DNA of 64,000 nt. Origin: Octopus vulgaris. Its lineage: Eukaryota. The translations under genes were made by a program, and so were the position numbers. The DNA is taken from the NCBI GenBank assembly GCA_951406725.2, contig OX597817.1:175212001-175276000 (forward strand). The letters are read 5' to 3'. The notes below the pieces were generated by a model. The model saw only the letters and a list, made by a program, of their open reading frames with translations. It did no database searches and had not been told where the DNA came from. Positions 1 through 19,875 of the stretch are shown in pieces (the stretch's first letter is position 1; each line of letters starts with the position of its first letter).

Positions 1-559
1 TTCCTAATTGGGCAACTAATCAGAATCTTTGTTGATTACTTCAGGACATTGGGGACATGTAAAATCTGGCAAGTGACATAACTTTCAGCTAATCCACTTA
101 CTTCCAACATAGTTGCAGATATGATCTGCAGGTTCTTAGTTAAGGAAATATTTCCAGATGATGGCTTATTCGTCTAAATAAAGCTAATTTAATGTGTGTG
201 AGTCACTTTTCAGTCACTGGTCTCATATATCAGTGACGATGGATTTTATCTTAGCATGCAGCTGTCAATGGTTTCATGCTGTTGATGAGGCTCAAGGAGG
301 CAGAAATTTGCATCATGCATTATCACTACTGCTGTTGGTTCATTTTCACCTGCTACTGATATTTGATACAGTACATCTCTAATAGATATTATTTTCTGAT
401 GAAGATAACAACTTAATTTGGCTTTTCAAGATGTCTTTGCACAAATTGAGATATATATATATATATGTATATTTGTATATATATATGTATTTATCTATAC
501 GTGTATATCTACATACATATTTTTCTGTGTTTATATCCATCCATCCACCCATCTTTTCT

Positions 560-2260
560 ACCTACTATTCCTGGTAGAGTTGTTTGGGTAGAGTCCTCAA
601 TTGCCTCTTCCATAGGGTCTTATCAGAAGCAACATTATCATACTTTCTGGATGGTTCCCAAGCGTGACCAGCTGAGATTATGTATATCATCCAGCCGTCT
701 CATTCTTGGTCTATCCCTATGACTCCTGCCAACAAGCAGGAGTCATAGGGATTCTTGCAATTCTTTCCTGAAGCATTCTAATCACATTTGTAGTGCCTGA
801 GCTGGGTCCTCTCAATGCAGAGAAATTGTAGCTTGACCTGGAGAGACCCCCTAATCTTCTGATTGCGCACCCTGTTGAGTAATATTTCTCCAGAGATCCT
901 TTGAGGGAACCCTATTTTGGCTGCTTTTATTTGTGATCATATTCTTTCAGTGATTGCCGAACGTTGATGACCATAGATGAAGATAGGCATTGAAACTAAG
1001 CTGAAGATAGCAAGTTAGACCTTTTACCAACCTCCCTCCTCTGAGAATCATATGCTAGAGCTGGTTGCAGTTTTAGCAGCCAATTCAACCTCCTGCCTTC
1101 GATCACTCTTGAATATAGCCCTGAGATACACTTCTCCACTTGTCTCAGTGATGGTCCACTAACATCACTGGGAATATTTTTTTTTTTGAGAGATTTAATG
1201 TTTAAATCTTTGCAACACTAATTTTCATCCCTGCTCTGCAGCACTCAACAACAAACCCATTCAGTACATGCTGAGTATCACCTTCTGATGAGCCAAGTAA
1301 CACTATGTCATCAGCTGACTAATCCTATACCCACATGTCAATCCAGTTCACAAAAATTGTTAAAGAGACTGGTGACACTATGCACCCCTGCTGAAGTCCA
1401 ACTTCCATGTTGAGAGCTTTTGAATCAGTACTAACTATTTACCTGAAAACATACATCTGGGCATTTGCGTAACGACTTCACGGCAATCAGAAGTTGTCCA
1501 TTAATTCCAAACTCCTGTAGAACCCTCCACAGCATGTCCCATAGTCCATTGTCATATGGTTTTTCAAAGTCTACAAAGGAAGGGCACACCTCTTGGCAAT
1601 ATTCCTATGATTTCTTGAAGACTTGCTTTAGAGCGAATATCTGGTTAGTTGTGCTGCTTCCAGGACAGAAGTCACATTGTTCTTCCGATAGCATGGGCTG
1701 GGCAACTTCCCTACATCCCTTTCCTAGATACCTGATGTACACTTTACGAGTGAGGCTCAGAAAGGAAATTCATTTATAATTAGCAACTCTCTCTTTTCAC
1801 CCTGTTAAAAAATTGGGATTATAACTCCAGTTTGCTGTTGCTTTGCTGTTTACCAGTGATCCAAGTCAGCTGGCATACATAAGTCAGCCAGAGAATATGT
1901 TCTCTATATAAAGTTTTTAACATGAGTCCGAATTTCATCCTCCCCTGTGGCCTTGCCACATTTAAGCACTTCTCTCACCTTTATGACTAGTCATTGTTCC
2001 GAGATGCACTTTGCATCCACCAGAAGATTTTATCATGACTGGATTTAGATGAGTAAAGTACCTCTTAAGAATGCTCTTCTCTGTTGAGAGAAGAACCTCA
2101 GCCAACTTCTAATGGCAGGTATGGAAGAGGGCTTCTGGTTATGAAGTTGGCAGAGGGTTGACTAGAATACTTTATTGGCCAACCAAGTGTCAGAGTCCAG
2201 TTTAACCTCAAAGTTCTCTCCTGACTTAACCTTAGAAATTTTTACTGTCTCTGCTGCAAC
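560..2260 (-). mobile_element. Degenerate RTE-clade LINE, reverse transcriptase and C-terminal region
   Basis: Minus-strand translation of fragments gives GKATGEDEI (~1940-1960), EVGLQQGCIVSP (~1375-1407; RT motif GxRQGCxxSP), ADDIVLLGSS (~1285-1315) and FLxRISGEILLNRVRN...IERTQLR (~800-920). Many frameshifts and stops; ends approximate. Confidence 0.8.
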
Positions 2261-2722
2261 TTTTTGTGCTTCAGTGTACTGCATGCACAAAGGGAGAGAC
2301 TTGATTGCTTGGTTAAACCGGGGGTGGGGTGGGGGTTAAAAAAAAAAAGAAACATATATCAGACAGTGCTTCACACAAGCTGTATATATGTATATATAAA
2401 CTTATCTCTCCTAGTAGTGTTTGGAAAGCTATTCACACCATTTGAGCATTTACAATAAGACTCGGGGAACTCCTGAGGTTCTCTGAAGAGAAAATGCTTT
2501 GTTTATAAGTGAAGCAAGTCTGATAGTTGCTTTGCTAATTGAATTTACTTGAAACTAAAAATAACAAAGATAGGCATTGAAACTGGTTTCTGTAATAGTT
2601 GAAATATACAAATTTATTTCATTTTTTTATGAGCGCTCTCTGCTTTGACATTAGAACTTGCTTGTTCACTAATTGTATATAAGTATATTATAAGTATATA
2701 CATGTGTTTGTGTATGTTTATA

Positions 2723-2762
<40 letters not shown>

Positions 2763-3132
2763 TGTATGTGTATGTATATATATATGCAAGTGTTATATAT
2801 GTAAATTAAACAGTTTAATCATCTTTGCATACTTGTGTTTCATAAATTAGGTTTTCACAAATATAGCATAGGGTGAATACTTCAAATACTTTTATGAATA
2901 TTTAAATAACTAACGTAATCTATTGTAAATTATATTTCTCTGGTACCATTTTCTGAAAATCGCTTTAGTATAAATTATTATTGTACCAGTTTTATAAATA
3001 CTATATCCCTGGATTTACTTATGTGGCTGAATTTGTAGTCGAATCTGCAGATAAATAAGATCTTTTTTTTTTCTTCTTTCTCCCTCTCTTCACTTACCTC
3101 TTAACCTAACTTAAGGTGTGCTGTTTTTCCAG

Positions 3133-3160
3133 AAAAGTTTGACAAGATACGAAGGAAAAG
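3133..3160 (+). CDS. Putative 28-nt internal coding micro-exon of an unidentified host gene
   Basis: Branch-like CCTAAC (3105-3110), polypyrimidine GCTGTTTTTCCAG acceptor and AAG|GTAGGC donor in unique sequence. Two frames are open (xKFDKIRRK or KSLTRYEGK). Confidence 0.5.
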
Positions 3161-4199
3161 GTAGGCTTATTTCTACCTTTCGTTTGGGTTGAAGATTTGA
3201 TGCTTTCATATAAAAAATCAGCTGAAGGTTTTTCTGCTTTTTGTGTTGATTTCATAAGCTGTTTCTTTACTAAAGTATTTATTCTTGAATTATTTTAGAA
3301 TATTGTTGGTGTTTATTTAATACAGAATAATATCCAATATTTTATGTGAAATATAAATGTGATATGGTTGTAACTTATGAGTATTTATTTTCTTGAAATC
3401 AGTGTTGCAGTGTACAAGATTGGATATTTACCCATAAAATATATATATTTTGCAAACAAGATAATAATTTAAAAACAAACAAGGATAAATACTATTTGAG
3501 ATGTGTAGTAATTACTTAAAAATAATGCAGCACTTGTAACAGACTTACAGATACTTTCAGTTTCTTTTAGTTTAAAATTGATAATTATCAGGGAAGGAAT
3601 GTTTTAAATACAATTAACTTCTTCTGAAGATATGTCAAATGGTAAGTAACTAATCGATATAATATGGTGAATTAAATCCTTCACAGTTTAACTCTCTGCA
3701 TCTACCCATTATGTGTTTATTAATTTATGAGCTGATAACACTTTACTCAAGTATTGCTTTGTAAGAAAATGCCTCATTCTGGATGATACTCTAATCTACA
3801 TGGAAACCGTTATTGTACCATAAACGTATCCCAAAAATCTACAGGAAAATAAGGCCTTCATTTTCATATATGAAACATAAATCTAGTGATATTTTCTACT
3901 CATGAAGTTCTTGCTCAGGTTTCAAATTTATTACAACTTATGGATTCAGAAAAACACAGAACTCATTAAAAGAATGCAGTGATATATTTTCTCTACAGCA
4001 CATTAAATAAACTTCAGTTGCGTTGTATGATATTTCATAAATTTTATATTGCCTGAAAGAATATGTTATCAAGTTGTTTATTAAATACTGCTACACTATA
4101 ACAAAAGACTATATTTATTCAATATCTTTAAAATTGCATACAGGTGCTGTATCTAAATAAATATTCAGAAGCCAAGTATTTTGAGAGATTTTAGGATAT

Positions 4200-4390
4200 T
4201 TTGAAAGAGTACAGCATACATGTGATCACAAAAACACAAATTTCACAGCTTGCGAAGTAAACACAGCTGTGTCGCTCCGTACACTGCCTCATGAAAGTTG
4301 CTGTTAGCTCTCACTGGGCATGCAACTCTGTGCTGCCGTCTGTTGGGGCACTACAGAACTAGTCTGAGAACTTTTTGATGCCACTTTGTA
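4200..4390. mobile_element. Mariner-like terminal fragment
   Basis: Ends in AACTTTTTGATGCCACTTTG-TA, a mariner-type TIR followed by TA. It is similar to 11500-11828. Confidence 0.5.
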
Positions 4391-5052
4391 TATATAATGC
4401 TTTGGCTTTTGCCCTGTATCAAAAAAGTTAGAGACCCAAGAAAGAAAACAAAAATAAATGATATCAAGTTTATAATGAGTTTTATATTGGAATGGCATGT
4501 CTGCTACAGTCTGGTTCCTGTATCATTTTGGTCATCACCATTAGATTTCCTTATTTCTCTTTGTGTCAAGAATTATTTAAAGGAATTCAATATCTATATT
4601 AACATATATTTTTTGATGTAAGCTGAAATATTAAATGTATGTTATTTGGGTATTTTATCTATAATATCGTAATCAATCTTATAAAGATCTTTTACTTTTC
4701 ATTTTCCCTTTTTAACCTTTTACAGTTGCCTTATTTATTTGAATTCTACACATGTGCCTTTCTTTGTTCTTTATTGTTGGTTGTGATTTAAAATTTGTTG
4801 TGCAAGTTTTTAAATTGCAACAATTTAATCTGTCAGTTGTGCTCGAGGCAGTGACTTTCTAACACCATTTATGTGATTTCATGAAATCAAAATAATATTT
4901 TAATTCTTTTTATGATAATGGTTAAATAAATATTTGTCTTGAAATTTATTAATCACATTAATGATAATTTTTGAAAGAAACATACAATGAATGAAAGTAA
5001 GATACATAACTGAATAACAAGCTAGAATCTTTCTGACATAGTGTGTGTGTGT

Positions 5053-5095
<43 letters not shown>

Positions 5096-6043
5096 AATAG
5101 CCTGGGCAAAGTTCAGAGAGCTACTTCTGCTGGTAACAAAGGGCCTCTTGCTCAGAGTGAAAAGTAGACTGTATGACACATATGTACGAACAACCATGCT
5201 ACATGGCAATGAAACATGGGTTGTGACTGCTGAGGATATGCATAAGCTTGCAAGAAATGAAGCTAATATACTCCATGGATGTGTATTGTCAGTGGGCATG
5301 CATGCCAAAGTGTAAGCACCCTGAGAGAAAAGTTGGACATAAGAAGCATCAGATGTGGTTTGCAAGAGAGCTGATTGCACTGGTAGGGTCATGTGTTGCA
5401 TATGGATGAGGACAGCTGTGTGAAAAAGTGTCACACCCAACAGTGGAGGGAGCTTCTGGAGGAAGTAGACCCAGGAAGACCTGGGATGAGGTGGTGAAAC
5501 ATGACCTTCAAATGCTGGGCCTCATGGAGACAATGACAAGTGACCAAGATCTTTGGGGATATGCTGTGTTTGAGCAAGCCAAGTGAGACTTAGCCATGGC
5601 CTATGTCTATGTTGCATAACTGGCCTATTTAAGAGTACCCGTCAATCAGTGGATGATATACTGTGTTTGAGAAGACCAGTTGAGTCAAGTGAAATCATTG
5701 TCATGGCCAATGCCAGTACCACCTTACTGGCACGTGTACTTGTGGCACGTAAAAAGCACTATTCAAGTGTGGTCGATGCCAGTGCTGCCTGACTGGTTCC
5801 ATGCTGGTGGCACATAAAAAGCACCATTCAGGCATAGTTGCTGCCTATCTGGTTCCCATGCTGGTGGCATGTACTAAGCACCCACTATGGTCTCGGAATG
5901 ATTGGCATCAGGAAGAGCATCCAACTGTAGAAACCTTGCCAGATTCAGATTGGAGTCTGGTGCAGCCTCCTGGCTTGCCAGTCCTCAGTCAAACTGTCCA
6001 ACCCATGCCAACATGGAAAGCAGACATTAAACGATGGTGATGA
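5096..6043 (+). mobile_element. 5'-truncated RTE LINE (ORF end plus 3' UTR)
   Basis: Translates as AWAKFREL...RVKSRLYD.YVRTTMLHGNETW...GHVLHMDEDSCVKKCH...RPRKTWDEVVKHDL. The 3' UTR has repeated GTGGCACGTAAAAAGCAC units and ends TTAAACGATGGTGATGAT. Confidence 0.9.
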
Positions 6044-6392
6044 TTTATGTATGTATAAATTTGTGTGTAGCTATATCTTACATACATATCAGAATACATT
6101 GTATTTACCAAGTGGTCTTCTGTTTCTGTGATTTACTCAGAAGTACATGAGTTAGTGTCAAATGAAAATGAAGCAATTTTTTTCTTATTGCCAGTATTCT
6201 ATTATCATCATTGTTCACCATCCATCATTGCACAGATAAAACAGAATTTGTTGAGGCAGATTTTCTATGGATGGTTGCCCTTTTTGCTGCAAACCCACTG
6301 GAAAACTAAAAAGAAACATCACTTATATGATGGTGATATTTGTTTACAATCATCACATGATATCAAAACAAGGGTACATACACTCACACAAG

Positions 6393-6542
6393 ATAGGCTT
6401 CTTTCAGTTTCTGTTTACAAAATCTACTCACAAGGCTTTTGTTGGCCTAGGGCTAGAAAAAGACACTTGCCCAAGATGCCATCCAGTGGGACTGAACCTA
6501 ATACCGTATGGTTGGGAAGTAAGCTTCTTAACCACACAGCCA
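6393..6542 (-). mobile_element. SINE family B head (tRNA-like head plus CORE-like CTTGGGCAAG motif)
   Basis: Reverse complement of the head at 32780-32942. Confidence 0.75.
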
Positions 6543-6947
6543 TATCTCTATTATATTATATTCATTGATATTTACTAAATAAATTTTCCCAGTGATAATC
6601 CTTCTATGACCATATTTCTAATGAAATACACTGTATATGCATTTCAATTGATTCTGAAAACAACCTTATTAATATGAAACAACAGGATTTATCTATTAAT
6701 ATGATACAATAACCTACTTCAGGGTTATTAAGCTGGGGTTTGGAATATAACTTCAGAAAAGGTTTTTATATAACATGATAGGTTTTAAGGGAAATTTGAA
6801 CACTCTGGAAAGCTGGTTGGTATCAAATGGGTTTTAAGTTGGCTTGATTAACCTTTCTGTTACTATATTTTTGTTGCAATATACTTCTTGTGTTTCAATA
6901 AATTTTGAAAATAGCGAAGAATTTGCAACAGAAGGTTTTAATTCAGA

Positions 6948-7328
6948 CTAGCAGTATCGCCCAGCATTGCTCGGGTTTGTTTCGACCCTTTAGAATTGGA
7001 ATTTTTGAAAGTAAAAATTTGGCATTATGTAGCTTGTTATTCTCTTTAAGTGAACATTTTTCTGGTTGAAATACACCGAAAAATGGTGACACAGCAGTCA
7101 AAAAATCATAAAAAATAGGGATTTTCATAGAAAAAAAGCACCTTTTTGATGTAAATAATTTTTGGTGTTAACATGGTCCGATTTGAATTTTTTCAAAAGA
7201 GCAAGCCTTCTTCTATCATACTCTCAATTTTGGTCAACTTGTGCTGCAGGGTCTTGGAGGAGATAGTGTTAGTTGAAGGCTACCAAACCTGCCACACACA
7301 GCCAACTTCAGCTTTATACATATAAAGA
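6948..7328 (-). mobile_element. Non-autonomous Helitron
   Basis: On the minus strand it starts TC (7328-7327) and ends CTAG (6951-6948) after a GC-rich subterminal hairpin (+ strand CCCAGCATTGCTCGGG). Inserted between A and T with no TSD. Confidence 0.85.
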
Positions 7329-7870
7329 TTACTTTAATCCTTTTGTTACAATATTTCTGTTGAGATACTGTGCTTTTATTTCAATCAGTTTTGAAAGTAA
7401 AGAATTCAGTAAAATAACTTTTGAAATGATTAAAATGGTGTTTGGAACATATTTTTATGAAATTTTGTTTGAAGGTTTTAATTTAGATCACTTTAAATGA
7501 GAAAGTTTGTATAGAAATAGAGGCTGGTGTCAAAGAAGTTAAAACAGGAAGTTTGTATCATAGAACTAGATGGAGGTGTTATCAAAAGTGTTGTTATTTA
7601 TTCTATATTTATCAATGAATGCTGGGCTACATTCCTTTGATATATCCATTTATTTTTGCAAGAAGTAAAGGAGGTATATGTAATCATGTATTTTTCAGGT
7701 GTTGCCTTATAGAGAAACATTTTTTTTTTTTTTTAAGTTCATCTGCTCAACTGGTGATTCCTTTATTGGAAAAACTCCACAAAAAATTAAGACCTTAATG
7801 ATTTTTTCTTTTTCTTTTTCTTTTTTTTATTAAGAATCAGTTCTATTACAGAGTGAATGTTCTTCTAAAT

Positions 7871-8017
7871 CTGTGGTTCCCAACCTGTGGTTCACAAAGG
7901 CAGTATTGGGGGTCCATCAGTATTTTAAACTGACAGACCTTTCAATATCCCGTGGCCTGTGGGAAAACTTATCTAAATAAAAGGGGTCCTTGGTAGTGAA
8001 AAAGTTGGGAACCACTG
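7871..8017. mobile_element. hAT (Charlie-like) MITE
   Basis: TIRs CTGTGGTTCCCAAC / GTTGGGAACCACTG. 8-bp TSD TTCTAAAT (7863-7870) and TACTAAAT (8018-8025), 7/8 identical. Confidence 0.85.
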
Positions 8018-8947
8018 TACTAAATGTTTTATATTAGTATTGTTTCTTTCTCCCTTTGTTTTTTTTTCTCTATATGTATTTTTTTCTATATTTGTTTTTT
8101 TCTCTGTATTTGTTTTTTTTCTCTATATTAATACTTATTTGAAAAAGTTTAGTGTATCTATAGTTTATAAGGAATGTAATTTTATTTTTATGGTTGTTCT
8201 GTGGTGTTTTCTATTGATATTTAAATTTTTATTTATTATTTAATAATAATAATAATAATTATTATTATTATTATTATCATTATTATTATTAGAGTTAATA
8301 TGATAAACGCTGATTATATCCCAGTGTTATATCCCTAAAGTCTCAACACTGTGAAGAGAAAGTAACATTGGTTTTATTTCAATACACAATTGTCTAAAGA
8401 CATGTATTGTTCCAATTATCACATTTCTTGCAGTCTTACTTGGATAAATAATTATACAAACAAAACAAAACAAAAACAACATGAATCTTACTAGATTTTG
8501 GAAAACTATTTATCTTATATTCTTGTTCATAAAAATAAATGGTTGGTACCAACTTGCTGATTTGTTTTACATATTTGAAGTAAGATTGTTTTTGTTTTAT
8601 TGAGATTGTCGTGTCACACTATCTCTTTGTCATGTATCTTGAATATAACTGTTATTTCTCTTTTAAAGAGATGTTACCCAAATTAGACATGGCATTAGAT
8701 TCTTCTCTTTGTGTTTTGGTATTTTGATTAATAATTGAATACAGGATACTGATTTAACTCTTTGTAATGGGACCTCGTATTAGTTATTCATTAAAAAAGT
8801 GAAACAGATTTAATCATATAATTTTAGCACTAAATTATGTATTTAGTATACATGCATATAATGTATATGTATTCAGTATCTTGCAATATTTACAGTTGTG
8901 TCTTCTGCCCTTGAGACATTATTAATATTGTTCTTATTGTTGTTATC

Positions 8948-9355
8948 AAGGCAAACTGACAAAATTGTTAGCAATGCTTTATGTTCTGAGTTCAAATTCT
9001 GCCAAGGTTGACTTTGACTTTCATCCTTTCAAGATCGATGAAATAAGTAACTAGTTGAGGTCATTGTAACCTACTAATTCACTTCCCCTAAAATTGCTGG
9101 CCTTGTGCCAAAATTTGAAACCATTATTATTATAATTATTATTATTATTATCATCATTATTATTATTATTAGGCAGTGAGCTGACAGAATTGTTAGCATG
9201 CCAGGCTTTTAGGTTCTGAGTTCAAATTCCAGCGATGTTAGCTTTACCTTTCATTCTCTCAGGGTTGATAGAATAAGTACCAGTTGATCACTGAGGGTGA
9301 TGTAATTGACTTACTCCCTCCGCCGAAATTGCTGGATTGTGCTAAAATTTGAAAC

Positions 9356-9407
<52 letters not shown>

Positions 9408-9650
9408 GCTGGAGAGCTGGCAGAATTGTTAGCACTCTGGGTGAAATGCTTAACAGTATTTTGTCTGCTGCTGCATTCTGAGTTCAAATTTCACTGAGGT
9501 TGACTCTGCTTTTTATCCTTTCAGGGTTGATTAAATAAGTACCAGTTACGCTCTGGGGTCAATGTAATCAACTTAATCCCTTCCCCCAAATTTGAGGCCT
9601 TGTACTCCCACTAGAAAGGATTATTATTATTATTATTATCATTATTATAG
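8948..9650 (+). mobile_element. Three tandem SINE family A copies (MetaSINE-like core) with (ATT)n tails
   Basis: Repeated GAGCTGGCAGAA...GAGTTCAAATTC (B-box-like)...GCCTTTCATCCTTTCGGGGTCGATAAA.TAAGTACC core at ~8948, ~9170 and ~9408, each followed by (ATT)n. Confidence 0.85.
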
Positions 9651-9796
9651 ACGTCACTCTGTATACATTATTGCGAGGTTGTTGAGTGAAGATATTGTGT
9701 CTGCCGGGGGTTTGTCAAGTCACAACAAGGACCTCAGACAGACACTACTTTACGCAATATTAGCATACAGGAGTGCATCGACAGTGAAAGAAGACC

Positions 9797-9833
<37 letters not shown>

Positions 9834-9865
9834 GATTATTATTATTATTATTATTATTATTATCA

Positions 9866-9923
<58 letters not shown>

Positions 9924-9939
9924 CATTATTATTATTATT
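9797..9939. repeat. (ATT)n microsatellite
   Basis: Directly visible; source of the poly-Ile/poly-Tyr ORFs. Confidence 0.95.
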
Positions 9940-10767
9940 GTGAGTTAGTTTCCAATTGTATTATTTAAGATATATACTTTATTCCATTACTCATATTATA
10001 CTCACCATCATCATCATTATCATCCATCAGCTTTATGTCTACTTCTCCACACCTTTAAGATTTGGATAAGTCTTCATTAGCAATGTGTATTGTGGATTAT
10101 TGCAGTTTTTTGTTATCTCCTCCACGAGACTCAACCTCTTCATCCAAAATCTCTCACACCCTTACCTCATCAGCATAATTTTTCCACTTGGATTGCTTGG
10201 CATCTCTTTACCTGGTCATCCTCTATACGTATCGGATGCCCACACCAGCACAAGGTTCTGCTCACACACCGCTTCTGATTCCTCTTCCACTCAGTTTTTT
10301 TTTCTCTCAGCTCATTGGTTCTTTATTGCTTCATGCATACTAACATTACCACATTCGTGGGAGCATACTTGCCTAATTTCTTTCAAGCTAATTTGTATGA
10401 AGCAGATGCATAGAGTTCATTAGCAAATTAGAACACTCATGAAGTGTACTATGTCAGTTGGTTGAAAAGTTCCCTCAAAGTTCTTGATAGCGAGTGTTAT
10501 CTAGGTAACATAATTATCAGTTTCAGCTGGTGTTCTGAGAATGGAATAGTAAGTAAAGGATGGGAAAGAACAAATGGGGTTATTGCTCCTGCTCATAACA
10601 AGAATCTTCTCTCACTGAGTAGAATCATAACTTGTATGATGTTTGCAAATAAAGTCTGATGTTGTATAGTAATAAATGACATACTGAACACAGATGACAG
10701 TGACAATGATCACGATGGTGATGAGGATGGTATGTGTGCATGCGTATGTGTATGTACATATATATAT

Positions 10768-11068
10768 CACCGTGACTGACCAGGCTATCAGATGTTGCTA
10801 CACATCGCTAGTCACAATGCACTTCGCATTGTTTTAGCTTTCAAATGACACCACCCCGCTGGCTAAGTGAGCAGGCCAACTGAAGAAAGTGTGAGAGAAA
10901 GTTGTGGTGAAAGAGTACAGTAGGGTACGCCACCACCCCCTGCCGAGGCCTCGTGGATCTTTAGGTGTTTTCGCTCAATAAACACTCACAATGCCCAGCC
11001 TGGGAATCAAAACCACGATCCTACAACCACGAGTCCGCTGCCCTAGCCACTGGGCTTTTGTACCTTCA
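10768..11068 (-). mobile_element. SINE family C (tRNA-derived)
   Basis: Minus strand reads GCCCAGTGGCTAGGGCAGCGGACTCG...TTTGATTCCCAGG (A/B-box-like head). It matches the + copy at 26368. Confidence 0.8.
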
Positions 11069-11078
11069 CATATATATA

Positions 11079-11127
11079 TTTTAGCCTCAGTTTAGAGCAT
11101 TTAAAAAAAACAGTAACAATTAACTAT

Positions 11128-11165
<38 letters not shown>

Positions 11166-11215
11166 ATAGTTAATTGTTACTGTTTTATTTTAAATGCTCT
11201 AAACTGAAGCTAAAA
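11079..11215. repeat. Near-perfect palindrome centred on (TA)n
   Basis: Arm 11079-11131 is the reverse complement of 11161-11215 with few mismatches, and the spacer is (TA)n. Confidence 0.9.
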
Positions 11216-11309
11216 CCAACATGAATAATTTAAGGCTAAAACATGATAAATGTTTTAATTGGCCTACATTTTCTCAGTTTTATTTAGCATCTCATCACTA
11301 TTATTATTT

Positions 11310-12296
11310 CTTGAGTGGCAGAATGTTTAGTGACATTTATGACTCTTTACACTGTGAGTTCAAATTCGTTCAAGGTCAACTTTGTGTTTCATCTTGCTGG
11401 TGTTAATAAAATAAGCACCATTCAGGTACTGGGATTGATGTAATCAACTGATGTCACTTCTCCTAAAATTGCTGGCCTTGTACCAAAATTTGAAACCTTG
11501 TGCACTCGTGCCACTCGAAACATTGCATATGTCACATTGGCCTCATCGCTAGATGCTTGCCAAAGCACACTCAATGTCTCCAGAGCAGAATTCCTAAGTT
11601 TAAGACAAAATTTCATGTTGGCTCACTGTTTCAACTTCCTATCCGTGACAGAAATCGCAGACTATACCATACATGTGATCACACAAATTGCACAATTTGC
11701 AAAATAACACAGTGATGCCACTCAGCGCATGAAGGTCATTGCTAGCTGTCACTGTGCATGCAACTGTATGCCACCATTTGTTGGTGCATTATACAACTAG
11801 TCCAGGAAATTTTTGATGCCACCTTGTTATTCACAATTTCTCTCAGTGATCATTGTGGCCAATTCTGTAAATATTATGCAAATTTTTTTTCCATTTGGAG
11901 TCGAGAAAATTAGTACCGAGAAAATAAGTATTGACTTACCCACTATCTCAAAATTTCAGGCCTTGTGCCTACAATAGAAAGGATTATTATGATGATAATT
12001 ATCTATTATCATTATTATTATTATTGACCGTTCAATGGAATCGGATACCGTTGCGACACATACTTAAGAAATGATCCTTAAAAGCATCATTATTATTATT
12101 ATTATTAGCGCACCAGGCAAAATGTGTTCTGATATTTTGTCTGTCTTAACGTTCTGAGTTCAAATTCCGCTGTGGTTGACTTTGCCTTTCATCCTTTCGA
12201 GGTCGATAAATTAAGTACCAGTTGCATACTGGGGTCGATCAAATTGACTGGCCCCCTCCCAAAAAATTTTAGGCCTTGTGCCTAGAGTAGAAAAGC
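11310..12296 (+). mobile_element. SINE family A copies (~11310-11497, ~11900-11985, ~12105-12296) around a mariner-like fragment (~11500-11828)
   Basis: Same SINE core as above. The mariner-like end ATTTTTGATGCCACCTTG is at 11810-11826. Confidence 0.75.
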
Positions 12297-12354
<58 letters not shown>

Positions 12355-12417
12355 CATTGTTATTATTATTATTATTACTATTCTCATGCATTAATTGGAT
12401 GTCTCCTTGTTTTGTAG

Positions 12418-12436
12418 GTTGAAAGCCAGGTACTAA
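12418..12436 (+). CDS. Putative terminal coding exon start with stop codon
   Basis: Strong acceptor GTCTCCTTGTTTTGTAG|G. Spliced to 3133-3160 it yields ...KFDKIRRKRLKARY* (TAA 12434-12436) or, in the other open frame, KSLTRYEGKG*. It is followed by long unique UTR-like sequence. Confidence 0.5.
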
Positions 12437-19875
<7,439 letters not shown>

